From Curvularia clavata (Eukaryota), in the NCBI GenBank assembly GCA_023920165.1, contig CP089276.1, positions 3,224,001 to 3,288,000 of the forward strand: a stretch of DNA of 64,000 bases. Direction: 5' to 3'. The position numbers were made by a program, and so were the translations under genes. Positions 47,644 to 59,627 of this stretch are shown one piece after another. Within the stretch, counting starts at the first letter, position 1. Each line of letters begins with the position of its first letter. The notes beneath the pieces were generated by a model that was not told where the DNA came from, ran no database searches, and saw nothing but the letters and a program-made list of their open reading frames with translations.

Positions 47644-49452
47644 CTACACTTCGCCAGCGTAGACACTCCCGCTGCCCACGCTGCCACCTAGATCCCAGTA
47701 GTTTCTGCCCGAGCCTCCGCTCCGCTTGCTCTTCTTGGTGCTCTGGCTGGCGCAGCTGCTGCTACTCCTCAACTTGGCCTTCTCCCGCAACCCGGCTGGC
47801 GCTGGCGGCGGCGAGTAGTATGTCGAGTAACGCCTCGACGACTCCCTAGTAGTTTGGGCGGACGACGTCGGGAGTCTTGCATCGGTCGTCGTCCTATTTA
47901 CCAAAGGGTGGTGTTGGCGGATAATGGCTGCTCTGCGCGCTGAGCTCATATTCTCATCATCTGCTGTTGTCGAATGCGGGGCGCTGGCTGTGCGGGCGGA
48001 CTGTGGAGGAAATGAAGAGATGCTCGAGCGGCGTGAGGAAAAGCGTCTCATGAGAAAGTTGAAGATCATTGTCACATCAATCTCACGCTCCCAGTATTCA
48101 CGCTCGCGTGCAAGCTCTTCGGCTATGTTCGGGTTGGCGGTGGGAGGTGCATGGGATGAATCCAGCGAGTCTGCTTCGTTGGGTTCTTCTTCGATACCCC
48201 ATAATGAGGCCTCGCTATAAGTATGGGATGCCTGGGTAGGAAAGGTAGGAGCGAACTGGGCTGATGCAGGGGATGTAGTCGGTTGGGAACTTGATGGTCG
48301 TGAGGATGTAATGTCGGAGGCGAGGGTCGTGTTAGATCTTACCGGCGTAAGACCTACAAAGTCTGGTGTTGATTGTGTTTGTTGGTATGTCGAGAAAGCT
48401 CCAGGGTGTTCGGAGAGTTGGTTAACCAAGGTTCCCAGCTCAACAGCTACCCTCTCGAGTAACTTTGTCTGCCAGGTGTCGTCGGAGTATCGCGAGGGAT
48501 CAATTCCTGCGTCCTGTAAAGCCTTGTCCGCTGAGAACTCGGTAGGTGTGCCCGGTGTGGGGGTTGCCTCTTCTGGTAGTGCCTCTCCGAATATGACTGT
48601 AAGAGTGTCTTCGTCGAGACCGATGAGATCTCGAATGACCCGTCGTGTAATCCGTTGCCAGAAGGAAAGGTTCTCAGAGCCTTCTTCAGACGAGTCACTT
48701 TGTGCATCAGAGATGGATCGGGCCGGTTGCGGAACCGCACTCGATGGCTGTTGGGGTGCAGTATTAGTCTCACCCCGACTCCGGGTAGTACTGGCCATGC
48801 TCATCCGCCGTCTTCGTCTCGTTTCTCTCTCAATCTCCTCCAACAGTGCTTTACTTTGCTCCAGCCGCCACCTCTCAATTCGCTGCCGCTTTTCCTGTTC
48901 TGTGTTGACCTCGTCGGTGTCGTCGAGTATTGTCAAGTGTCGCTGAACACTCGAGCGCCGCCTGATTGGCCGCCTCCGTGAACGCTCGAATTGCCACATG
49001 TGCTCTTGCACGGTCGCATCCGGCTTAAACTCGCCCAATCCGTCGTGGGTCGGCAGCACGGTATCGCCACTCTCTTGCAACCTACTCACCGGGGCGCCGT
49101 ATTCGGACGGCTCGTGGAAAGCATGCAGTCCGTCGTCGAGACTATCGAGCTCCTCCTCTGTACCGAGAGACGTACCGATGTCATCATCCTGATGTGAGCG
49201 GGCGGCGGTCTCCAAGGAACCGAATTCACTGAAGCGGGACAGGCCAGCTGTTCGCGGTGTTCGTTCGGTAGAGGTAGTGTGTGTGCGAGCAGTGGTGGAG
49301 GGAGCAGGAGGGGAGAAGAGAACCCACTCCTCGGACTGCTCGAGAGAGGTCTTGACCTGGGGCGAGGCGGCTGTGGCTTCTTCGACGCGCTCGGGCACAT
49401 GGTACAATGTCTGGCGACCACTTCGTGGCATATGCTGCTGTAGAAAAGCCAT
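47644..49452 (-). CDS. Hypothetical S/T/P-rich protein (602 aa, intronless)
   Basis: Long ORF with ordered islands (EEWVLFSP, LPTHDGLG, RIERWRLEQS, FWQRITRRVIRDLIG, HPGAF); family not recognised. Confidence 0.8.
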   Translation of the reverse strand: MAFLQQHMPRSGRQTLYHVPERVEEATAASPQVKTSLEQSEEWVLFSPPAPSTTARTHTTSTERTPRTAGLSRFSEFGSLETAARSHQDDDIGTSLGTEEELDSLDDGLHAFHEPSEYGAPVSRLQESGDTVLPTHDGLGEFKPDATVQEHMWQFERSRRRPIRRRSSVQRHLTILDDTDEVNTEQEKRQRIERWRLEQSKALLEEIERETRRRRRMSMASTTRSRGETNTAPQQPSSAVPQPARSISDAQSDSSEEGSENLSFWQRITRRVIRDLIGLDEDTLTVIFGEALPEEATPTPGTPTEFSADKALQDAGIDPSRYSDDTWQTKLLERVAVELGTLVNQLSEHPGAFSTYQQTQSTPDFVGLTPVRSNTTLASDITSSRPSSSQPTTSPASAQFAPTFPTQASHTYSEASLWGIEEEPNEADSLDSSHAPPTANPNIAEELAREREYWEREIDVTMIFNFLMRRFSSRRSSISSFPPQSARTASAPHSTTADDENMSSARRAAIIRQHHPLVNRTTTDARLPTSSAQTTRESSRRYSTYYSPPPAPAGLREKAKLRSSSSCASQSTKKSKRSGGSGRNYWDLGGSVGSGSVYAGEV

Positions 49453-49700
49453 GGTGCGGTAGTCTTAGTTGGGTATCAATGTGTGTTGTAGTGGCGATGG
49501 GGGGGAGTCACGTCCTCAGTGAACAGGGCACGTGGACGTCGGGTCAGCTGGGGGAAAGCGATGAGCAGCTGGATGATTGTGCTTTGTGTTTGGAAGATGG
49601 CGGGCTGCTTGGAACGCGTCGCGCGAGCAGCAGGAGGGCAGTCTTTTGGATTGTTTGGTCTCCTGCCCCGTTGCGAGCTTCAGCTCTGCTAGCGGTGCGA

Positions 49701-49715
49701 GGGGGGGGGGGGGGG
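49701..49715. repeat. G15 homopolymer in the promoter region of the 602-aa gene
   Basis: 15 consecutive G residues. Confidence 0.9.
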
Positions 49716-50798
49716 AAGCGCAGGTGTATGATGTACAGATGGCGCTATGGCGGCGCTAACGCAAAACAGGGCCGTCTACTGCAAGCGTGGACGCAAGCGG
49801 TGGATGATCTGGCGCAATTCCCAGGAAACGGGACGTGAGGGGGATCTTATGACCAAAAGACAAAACAAAGGGAGCCAGAAGAAAGGCCAAAGAGGCGGTG
49901 GCACCACCAGCTGAATATGTGCAAAAGCACAGGCGTGCGCTCTTCAGCTTGTGTGCTGGGATGAGGTGATGGCGGTTGGGCCTGGGGGTGAATCGGAGAG
50001 TCTCGTAGTAGTAGTACGCAATGTAGGGCCGCTCTGATAAGATAACGACACGCCCCCATGTCGCACGCCGGCCAACACTATCCAACTGATGACGAGATGC
50101 GCCAACGATTACTCACTTGGTTGCTCATTCATTCAATGCTTGCACTCGATCAACCGAAGAAGCGCCCGCCTATCCTGCTGCCGGCGCGAGGGCCATGGCT
50201 GGGCAGAGGCTGCAGTCACGCAATCACCCATGCACTCCCGCCCTCGCTGCAAAGGCTGCTCAAACTCAATCCATGCCGCTGAAGTCATCCATACCAGTCT
50301 CTTGGGCGGCTGCTTAACAACCACGGAGGCGATTGCTTATGCACAGCCATGACTGCCCTGCCTGCCATGTGTGGCGTCGCCCGACATACCTGCGACGTGC
50401 TGCGTCGACGTCAGATTTCCGAGCCATCTCCACGCCGACGGCCGCCTCTGCTTTCGGCCAACTATCGCCCGCTTGACTTTCCAGACATAGCAAGACCTGT
50501 GAATGTATGACATATCCTCCTCGCCATTGTTTTCTCTTTGCAAAATTTCACTTGACTCAAACAAACTAAATGTGGAGCTCCGTTTCCTCGGTCGGGATAT
50601 GCATGTTCTAAAAAAAAAGCCATATGCATTCGAAACGAGGGAAACTTGCTATGCGTGAACAGTGCTACGTAGGTATCTCAAAACAACGCCAGCGAGGTAT
50701 AGTACAAATGCAATAAAACGCCGTCCAGCTATACAATGAGTGTGAAGCAATTATGCCAATCAATCGTCTCGTTTCGTCATGTCTTGGGTCTTCAGTCT

Positions 50799-52772
50799 TC
50801 AGGATGCAGAATCATACTCGGCTCCGAAAACACGCTTCGCATCTTCTTCGCTCATCTCTTCGCCCTCGCTAAGCTCTACCCATGTCCTCGTTATGTGCGA
50901 TCTTTCTCCGGCGCGCCCCTTGAGAATGCATTCGCCATTACCCTGACAAATCTCTTGCCGTCCGAGGTTCTTGAATCGGGGTCCCAACGGTCCATTGACG
51001 TAATGATATTGTCCCAAAAAGCGGTATTGTCGTGGGTCGCTAAGTGGGTAGAATTTGTCGCCCCAATGGCCAGCAAAGTAGAACCACGACGTCGGCGCAA
51101 CGGGGTTAAGATTGGATGACACAAGGCGGTCCGTCTGATAGTTGTACTTGTACGAGTACATGTTGAGGACAGGGTCCCAGAGAGGTCCACGATCAGTAAC
51201 ATCGTGCAGAATGCCGCCTGGCAGAATGTATGGATGGACGCCCTCTGTCGCATACATGGCGTGCGTTCCCGTGGCAGAAAAACCAATTGGCTGCGTCTGT
51301 CAGTTGAAGACCTGAATTGCTTCTACAATTCGACTTACCCTCTTTCCATTCTTCTCAACAGCGTCCCACGTGTACGCTTCACCGAAACTGTGTTCACTAA
51401 AGAACACCGCCTTGGGCTCGCCGTGCTGAAACCGCACCACTGTATGTTCCCAGTCGCCAACGTGGTTGCCAAAGCGCACATTGAAAACCGCATTTCCAAG
51501 GTTGTAGCTGTAGAAGAAGAACCAGAAAGCATCCACTACCCCGTTGCCCTTGTCTACAACAACCAATGGCACAGGCGCATCGCTGCGCCCGCCAACAACC
51601 CTCTTGCCATGGAGTTTGCGCCGCTTAAAACGTAGCTCAGGCCGCCACTGCTCGTCATCGTCATCGTCGACTAGCTCCTCCCCTTCAGGTGTGGTTGTGG
51701 GAACGGGCATTCCAGGAGTTGAAAGGTCAGGTCTAATACCACCTCGGTCTTTGGTATCACCCTTGCCAACGTGCCACCAACTTGACTTCGTGCCTGTTTT
51801 GTCTTGTTTATAACGTCCCTTGGCTCCGCCATCGTGCTCAAAGTCGTCATCGTCGTCATCTCCATCCCCTGGCACGTTGGGAATGTTATAGTCCGCACCC
51901 AACCACGCCGGGTGATCTTCCACATTGTCGTCGCTCTGCAGGTATACAAATCTTCCCCACTTGTTAAGTTCTCCAAGATTGCTAATATTCGGGTGGTCGC
52001 TTTTCGCTTGGAGAGGCGTGTAGTTCAGATGCGGCGTAGTGTGTATCAGATGGTCGGCCATGTCCCCTGGCCAGTATTCTTCGCCAGAGAACAGGTGTAT
52101 CAGAGGCGCATGGTCTAAAACGTATTGTGGAATGTCGCGCTCGGGATCTGGCTGATAGTCGTTGGGGATGTCACGCGCATCTTTCCAGAAGTCGTTCAGG
52201 TCGATCTTGACTTCATCATCTATAACTGTATTCTGGGCGTGTACGTCGGACGCTGCGGTGGTCCAGTGGGCTTGGTTCAAATGCGCTAAACCACACACCC
52301 CAAACCAGCTGCATGCTTTGCGATCCAGCCACGATTTTGACGATGCCACCCACTCAGCTTCATCTGCTCGCTCACCGCCGGGTGTCAACCTTTCGAAGAG
52401 GAAATCTTGGTATAGTTGCGAAAACGTGAATAAGCCAAACAAGGTACCTCCAGCGGCGATTGCGGGTTTCCTGCCCCTCATTTGTGTATCCTCCTCGACC
52501 AGCGAGCCGTCAGCGCCGGTACCAGATGTGGGAGCTTGCGCAGATGGATGTTGTTTGGAAGTATGCGCTATAGGGATATCGATGGTAGGAATAAGTCGAT
52601 CTTCATTGGCGTCTCGCGCAGCGTCTGGCCTCTGGATCGAAGTGTCGGTCGAGTGTACAGCTACCTGAGGGTACTCGGGTATATCCACAGGAGTAGTAGG
52701 AAGTGGTGACGGCAAGGCCGCTTGGAGCGGAATCTGCACTCCGCCATGATGCAAGTACGGGACGATTGGCAC
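50799..52772 (-). CDS. VPS62: Vps62-like protein; intron ~51293-51338; 5' end uncertain (ATG ~52481 or an upstream exon)
   Basis: PQYVLDHAPLIHL..E.YWP; VDAFWFFFYSYNLG; FGNHVGDWEHTVVRF; FFSEH; HAMYAT; WGD..Y; GPLGP. Confidence 0.85.
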
Positions 52773-53719
52773 TGACTAGTTAGCCTCAATCCGAAAGCCT
52801 GAACCAGAAACGCCACAAGGTAACGCTATGTGAAGGATTTGAAGCCGATACTGCCGGCAGGCGGACAAAGAAGCGTCCGGTACCGTGTGTGGTTGCCATG
52901 TGCAGCAGTGGATCGAGCCTCGTGCTGGGCAGCGCAGGGAACAGCCGCATTGATCAGCAACACGGCGACTATGGGCAGGCCCACAGAGGCTTGATTTGAG
53001 CTAATGGCAAGCTCAGAGTCGGCAGAGCGCGGACGCGCCGGAAGGTCATGATGACTTGACATGATACAGTGTAGCCGGACACGCACGGAAGCGGACTTAC
53101 TGATGGAGATAAGTCGACCGCAGCCAGCCGATTGGTGCCAAGGTCAGCTCTGGACGATGCACAATCGTTACTTAGTAAAGAGATGCAATCAAGGTAACAA
53201 TAAAGGATGCATGCAGAAGAAGTCTGATGCAGTGTGGCGCGCAAGTGGTGTTGGATGCATCCCAGACGGCTGCCGGCTGGGCGTACGTCGTCAGCGCTAG
53301 CTGGGGATGATGCGGGCACCTCGGCAGGGCAGGCGGCTCCCCATAAGCGTGGAGACCAGGCACGCCCTATCGATAGAACAGCCTATCGATAGACAAGAAA
53401 TGCACATGTATGCAGCTTGCGCAGGGTGAATGGTTGTGGCTTGACGCGCAGGAAGTGTGCATCACAACAACGTGGCTGGAGCAGCTTCTCTGATGGACAG
53501 TGGTTTGTGCCGGGTGAGAGAGAAGCAATGTCGGTGGCTCCCTTATCCATGGCAATGAGACACATGCAGACGCAAAAAACTGCGTCTTGTCTTGGATGTA
53601 AGACATGCTGTTGAGGTTTTAGTGTGATGCATGCTGTAAGTTCATATCTTTGTAAGCCTGCAGTACCAAAAAGACGACGCAGTGTTCGCCCAGACGGCTA
53701 GACTCGCAAAAAGAATGGT

Positions 53720-53805
53720 TCTCCGCTCCCAGAATCGAACTAGGGACCTTTCGATTACAATTGCTATTACAGTCGAACGTGATAAACCAACTACACCAAG
53801 CGGAG
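53720..53805 (-). tRNA. tRNA-Tyr(GTA) with an 11-nt intron (53756-53766)
   Basis: Acceptor stem CTCCGCT/AGCGGAG with C1-G72 and A73; anticodon arm TTCGA-CT-GTA-A..A-TCGAA; T-arm CCTAG-TTCGATT-CTGGG; T5 terminator at 53708-53712. Confidence 0.97.
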
Positions 53806-53999
53806 TTGTACGACTCTTAAGCCGTGCTTGGAATTGTGATGGAAGATCGTGGCTTGGATGTGTTTATATTCTTGATTAGATGATGTCGCATGGATACGGC
53901 TGCTTCGAACAATTCGGCTAGTAGCCATCGCCCCAACTCTTTCAAGCTAACTCCACCACGTTGAATCCATCGCGTTCGGCTTCGAAAACGCCCAGCAAC

Positions 54000-54773
54000 A
54001 TGATCAACACCGAAGATGACGAATGGGAGTACGAGTATGACGATACCGAGACCGAGGACTTTTACATCCCCCTAGATCTTTCCAATGTTCCAGCAGCGCA
54101 AATTCCCATGGTGTCGCAAGGCAGGCCGGGTCACCCAACTTTACTCAAGAGCCGACTGCGCGCACTGAACGCAGCTCGAGGGCAGCCTGTCGAATTTGCT
54201 GTTGACACCAACGACGGACAAGAGACGGCTACCATGGGCGAGATCCAGATCGCGGGACTACACACACCGAACCCGCTGGTCGTGTATAACGGTCAGTTGT
54301 TGAGCTGCCATTGGACCTCGACCATCGGAACCGACATGTTCTTTGTAAAACCGGATGCGCACGCTGCCAACACGACTCAGCCCTTGCGCTCGCTACCAGC
54401 GGTCGATCTGCTGTCTCTCGGGTCTGCCAAATTGGTTGCAAAAGTTGGGCACCTGCGGCCGCGTGAAGATGTCAGCAAGCCAACTGAAGCCGCCAACGGT
54501 CCAATCACCGCTCCAACCTCGACTGCTGCAACTTCCGGTGAAGGTAATGGTCAGCAGTCTTCTGCTGACGGGGCCAAACCAATCTCCACCAACTTCCTGG
54601 CTCGACTAAATGAGGTAAAGGCGAGGAGAGGAGAGACGTCGCAATTGGCGCTTTCTAAAACATCCGATGGACCCCGTCTCGTTGCTGAAAAGGCAGATGT
54701 TGCTAACGGGACCTCGTCGCAAACGGACGGTGACGTAGTCATGCTCGCTGGAACAGAGGACTATGCGCAGTGA
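54000..54773 (+). CDS. TFIIIC triple-barrel subunit (TFIIIC_sub6 / Tfc7-Sfc7-like)
   Basis: Acidic N-terminus EWEYEYDDTETEDFYIPLDL and the motif EIQIAGLHTPNPLVVYNGQLLSCHWTSTIGTDMFF. Confidence 0.82.
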   Translation: MINTEDDEWEYEYDDTETEDFYIPLDLSNVPAAQIPMVSQGRPGHPTLLKSRLRALNAARGQPVEFAVDTNDGQETATMGEIQIAGLHTPNPLVVYNGQLLSCHWTSTIGTDMFFVKPDAHAANTTQPLRSLPAVDLLSLGSAKLVAKVGHLRPREDVSKPTEAANGPITAPTSTAATSGEGNGQQSSADGAKPISTNFLARLNEVKARRGETSQLALSKTSDGPRLVAEKADVANGTSSQTDGDVVMLAGTEDYAQ

Positions 54774-55931
54774 TCACCCAAAGGTGCTTCCAACGACGTG
54801 GAACAGCGGCTAGTTCAAACTGCCATTTGCGCTCTTGTCAAAAGTTTCAGGGCTCGTGCTACGGATAGCAGAGTACGAAAATGTATGGTTGTCCAACACA
54901 AGACTATGGGAAACGAAGTCTCGTAGACGGCCGTCACCAATAGCGATACTTGCATGATTCAAACGGAGAATTACATGCGCCAAGCCAGGTACAGAGACAA
55001 TAGTAGCGAAAGAGGCTACATATTAATTCAAGTCTCATGCACGATGAGTATTGGGTATCAGTGCAATGGCAGCGCTATCTAGTGAGCGATATTTCTCAGA
55101 GGGCATGGTAACACTGTCTAACCTGAATAGATACTTAGCAGACTCCAACTGTCCAGGCGGTTCGCGATCAGTGAACGCATTCGCAGCTGGGATCTGAATC
55201 GTATATATTCTGTTGAACATCCTTCTACATCTAGTTGCCTGAAAGTTATGGACAAGTCACTGCTATGCAAGGAAAAAAAATCAAATTCAAGCACGAACCA
55301 TGTTCCTCTTTTAGATTAACATAAACACAATCCTGTACTTCCGTTCTCTGTGCATACTCGTGATTTCAATATTCACTATTCACTGTTCATACACTTGTTT
55401 ATATTCAACAGTTGACCATTATGTTGTAGCAAACAAGCCCTGTACCATCCTGAAATTGACTGGATTGAGCGACCAACCCCAGCAGCTATATGTGGAGTCA
55501 ACAAACGCACCATCACGGACTAGCTCAATCTTTTTATTTGATCCTAACCCTAACTTATTCTCAGCCGATATATCAACTTATCATTCCTGAGACCATTGGT
55601 GTAAACACAACATTATTTCTTTAGGCCGGGTGTATTCCAGGGAGAGGAAACAGAACTGGTGACGAGCCGAGCACTTTCATCATGATGAAGTGCATTACTG
55701 CAAATAGGCCCTCGGAATATATGGCCAACACCAATGACATGGCAAGGCTGAAGGAGCAACCAAACGCCCTGGATCATCCACGACGATTCCTAAAATTGCA
55801 TGGCTAACTATACATACAAGGAGAAAACTTGATTACTGTTCGGCAACGGTAGGTCGTCCACATCAATACCTTCCCAAGGCATTACAAGCGGTGGTCTACT
55901 AGTGTGTTATACATCTCAATTTCAAACCCCT

Positions 55932-56659
55932 TCACTCCGCCGATCTATAAAGTCTAAACACCAACGTATCTCTCCACCCCAAAACCGGATTCTCAAAGTC
56001 CCTCTCTTTCCTCTCATGCAACTTGAACCCGACCTTGGCCAGCACATTCTGGCTCGACAATAAATCCGGATCCGTAAGTGCTTCTGCGAATTCGTATCTC
56101 GGTGCCAACGTCTTTTCATTGCTCGCAGCTCCATTGACTCCATTCCCATTGCTTGCATCCCCGGCTTCCTCATCCCGGTAATCCGCAATATTTTTCCCTG
56201 AATAATGCTCGAAAAACAACGGCATAAAAGCGCGCAGAGCCTCAGTCGCGTATCCTCGCCCCCAGTATGATGCATTAAACATGTATCCGACTTCTGGGGC
56301 GCGAACGGCGCCAATTAGCCCAATGACTTGCGGGCCATCGTGAGGTTCCAGAAGCGAGACTGCGAAGTTCCAGTTGTGCTCGGAGTCGTGGCACTAGTAT
56401 TCCAATTAGTACCTTTGTCTTCAAGCGATTGACAGGCCAATTGCAAAACCAAACAGAAAAGAAACAGAGGGAAAAGGTATCTTACCCCCTGTATCCACGC
56501 CTTTGTAGTTTCAAGATCATCCGAGGGACGCAAAGACGTATGCTTCATGACCTCAGGATGCCTGCGCATCAAGAATACGTCATCTGCATCTTGAATCTTG
56601 AGCGGCCGGAGCAACAACCGCTCCGTTTTGACAGTTATCCTGGGATCGACTACGACCAT
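55932..56659 (-). CDS. GNAT acetyltransferase, RimJ/RimL type; intron 56394-56485
   Basis: KTERLLLRPL; EVGYMFNASYWGRGYATEAL; SQNVLAKVGF. Confidence 0.9.
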
Positions 56660-57137
56660 GATTTCGACTGTTTAAAGAAAGCTAAAGAAGGAAAGAGAGG
56701 AGAATTTCATGGTAAATTTTGCATGTAAGCCTTGTGTGCGAATTAAGAGTCAGAACATGGCCATGGCTTGTTGTGTTGTCGTGTGCGGGCAGGCTTGCGT
56801 CCATCCAGTTGGAACAACTGGCGCAAAGTGGCCAGGCAAGGCAGCTCAGCCCCAGGAGGGCCCGCATCTGTGTGTACCTTGCAGCAAATCCACGGCCCCC
56901 CCTCCCTCCAGAGAAAAGGCCGCTTAGCCCCTCTTGGAGACACCGATACGCCCGAGCTCTACGTAAATTCACGGCTCGTTGTCCATCTTTACACACCGCA
57001 TGTCTATACTCCGATAAACTCCAAAGGGCCAACCAACCAATCAAAATGAGAGCTTGAAAGCCTCCTCCTCTCCTTACATCGAGTTTCTAACCTTGTCTCG
57101 TCCGCCATCGGTCGCCGGATCACATCCCCCTTTCCCC

Positions 57138-58784
57138 ATGTCGAATTCGATTCTATCCGCTTCCGCGAAAGGAGCCACCTTTCTCATTCTGCTGCAAGTT
57201 GCATCGCGGGCGCTGACCTTCGCCGTCAACCAAGTGCTCCTGCGCTTCCTGTCCCCGGAACTCCTCGGTGTATCTGCACAACTAGACCTCTTCTCCATCT
57301 CCGTGCTGTACTTTGCGCGAGAAAGCTTGCGAGTGGCGCTTCAGCGACAGGCTCATGGAACCCAAGCAGTCGTCAATTTGTCGTATCTAGCTGTAGCATT
57401 TGGTACGCCGCTGGCCTATATTCTCGCTCTGCTATGGATTTTCAGAGCAGAAACGCTGCCAGATGTGCCGTATTTTGTCGAAGCACTGGTCGTGTACGGT
57501 CTGGCTACATTTCTGGAGTTGCTCAGTGAGCCTGCGTTTTCAGCTGTGCAGCAGAAGCTTCTGTACAGAGTCCGAGCGTCGGCGGAGAGTTCAGCAACCC
57601 TGCTTCGGTGCGTCGGGACGTGCGGAGCGGCGGTTCTGGCTAGCTGGTTTGGCATCGATGTTGGAGTGCTACCGTTTGCGGTCGGACAGCTGGCGTACGC
57701 ACTGGCGTTGCTCGTCGTGTATTCGTACAAGACGTGGCCTGTTGCAAAGGCAGATGGCTTTTCGCTTTTCCCGGAACGCGTGGCATCGACCAAAGAGAAT
57801 ACCTTTTTGCTGGGCTATTTTTCTGCTCCGCTGGTGCGGCTAACAGGTTCTCTGAGCCTCCAGTCGGCGCTGAAGTATGTTCTTACACAGGGAGATTCTC
57901 TCTTGATCACGAGCTTGGCGTCACTTACAGACCAAGGCGCCTATGCGCTTGCATCGAACTATGGAGGCCTCATTGCACGTATGCTCTTTCAACCTATTGA
58001 AGAGAGCAGCCGCAACATGTTTGCGAAGCTGTGTGCTAATGCAAAGCCAACAACATCAGCTGGAGAAGAGAAAAAACAAGGAGAAGTAAACGAGCAACAG
58101 CAGAACCTCTCCCAAGCTTCAAGAGTTCTAAGCACCATCCTCCACCTCTACGGAATTATATCTCTATTCGCCATCACCCTCGGACCACCCCTAGCTCCCG
58201 TGCTTCTCTCCATAGTCGCCGGACAAAAATGGTCTGCGACGTCTGCATCCAAAGTACTCTCTACGTACTGCTACTACATACCTTTTCTCGCCATCAACGG
58301 CGTGACAGAAGCGTTTGTAGCCGCCGTTGCTACCAACAAGGAGCTATACGCACAATCAGTCGCAATGGGCATCTTCTTCGCTCTATTCGCAGGTAGTGCG
58401 TGGTTCTTCATCGGCCAGCTTGAAATGGGGGGTAATGGCGTCGTACTGGCTAATACAGTCAACATGGCGCTGCGTATTGTCTGGAATACATGGTTTATCC
58501 AGAGATTCTTCTCAGAGAATAGCTCGGGGTTCAGCATACTGGAGACTCTGCCTTCGGTTACTGCTGCTGCGCCTGCGGTTGTTATACCGACGCTGATGCG
58601 GATGAAGCCGGGGATATACTTCTTGAGGAAATTTGGTGTTTTGGGTGAGCTGGTGAGTATGGGGGCAGTGGGCGGGATTTACGTTCTGCATGTGTTGTTC
58701 TTTGAGCGACAATTCCTGGTGGATTGCTACCATATGTTACGGCCGTCTCGAGCACCCCAGCCGGCTGAGAAGAAGTCAAAGTAG
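57138..58784 (+). CDS. RFT1: Man5GlcNAc2-PP-Dol translocation protein (MOP fold)
   Basis: [78 protein letters not shown]. Confidence 0.95.
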   Translation: MSNSILSASAKGATFLILLQVASRALTFAVNQVLLRFLSPELLGVSAQLDLFSISVLYFARESLRVALQRQAHGTQAVVNLSYLAVAFGTPLAYILALLWIFRAETLPDVPYFVEALVVYGLATFLELLSEPAFSAVQQKLLYRVRASAESSATLLRCVGTCGAAVLASWFGIDVGVLPFAVGQLAYALALLVVYSYKTWPVAKADGFSLFPERVASTKENTFLLGYFSAPLVRLTGSLSLQSALKYVLTQGDSLLITSLASLTDQGAYALASNYGGLIARMLFQPIEESSRNMFAKLCANAKPTTSAGEEKKQGEVNEQQQNLSQASRVLSTILHLYGIISLFAITLGPPLAPVLLSIVAGQKWSATSASKVLSTYCYYIPFLAINGVTEAFVAAVATNKELYAQSVAMGIFFALFAGSAWFFIGQLEMGGNGVVLANTVNMALRIVWNTWFIQRFFSENSSGFSILETLPSVTAAAPAVVIPTLMRMKPGIYFLRKFGVLGELVSMGAVGGIYVLHVLFFERQFLVDCYHMLRPSRAPQPAEKKSK

Positions 58785-59627
58785 TCAGCTGTTTGCAGTG
58801 ATGATATGGATATCTGGTGACCATCAAAGTGTAGGTTCACTATCAAGAAGCTGTCGTAATATGTAATTCATGATAATTCAAGATTCATGAAGATGCCTTG
58901 TCGAGGATTTGGCATAAAGATTTGTTGGGAAAAGTTGAAACATTTTGATTGTCATGGATTCCTAAAATCCGGGGGCACCCCTCGTCTATAAGAAAAAAAC
59001 TCTGATACTCCAGATTACGGGAGCGGGGAGAAATGCCTCGAGCACACCTCGATCAAAGACACGATACGATGCAAGTGGGTCCTTTGCGTGATTCGTCAGC
59101 CACAGCATCACCCCTCCCCCCCGCCTAGCGATCGAAGATTTTCCCCAAGAGCAGCATTGCCAACGTCATTGCGAAGACCGGAGGCCTGAGGTCGGAAGAG
59201 AAGGAAAATTCTGAACCATCACGAGACGCAGCTATTGTCCAGGCGACGCAAAATCTCTCAAGTAATCTGGGGGTAATAGAAACCAGGTTGTGCAAAAGCT
59301 AGGGGTAATAAATATTCCCATCGTGCATGAGCCGCCGGGGTAAGCAACGTCAAGACTACCGGTACCGAAGTTTCCTGGGGGTAAGAGAAACCCTAGAACA
59401 AGATCTAGACAGCACACCGCGCGCTTTTGTGATCACGCCATCGAGTCATTAGGACTGTGTGTGTGAAAGAAGGGGTAAGAGGAAGAAAAAAAACTTTACT
59501 GTTTACGCCCCAGCGGCTCGCGCCGTCTCGCTGGTTCGAGTTGTTTTTTCTTGCTCTTGGCTGACACTCTACTAGAACGCCCATCCAATCGCAAATCCGG
59601 GGTATTGCGCTATCGGAAGCACCAAAC

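Noticed and set aside
27848..58784. ALG1 and RFT1 as an N-glycosylation cluster
   Set aside because: They are 28 kb apart; the co-occurrence is compatible with chance.
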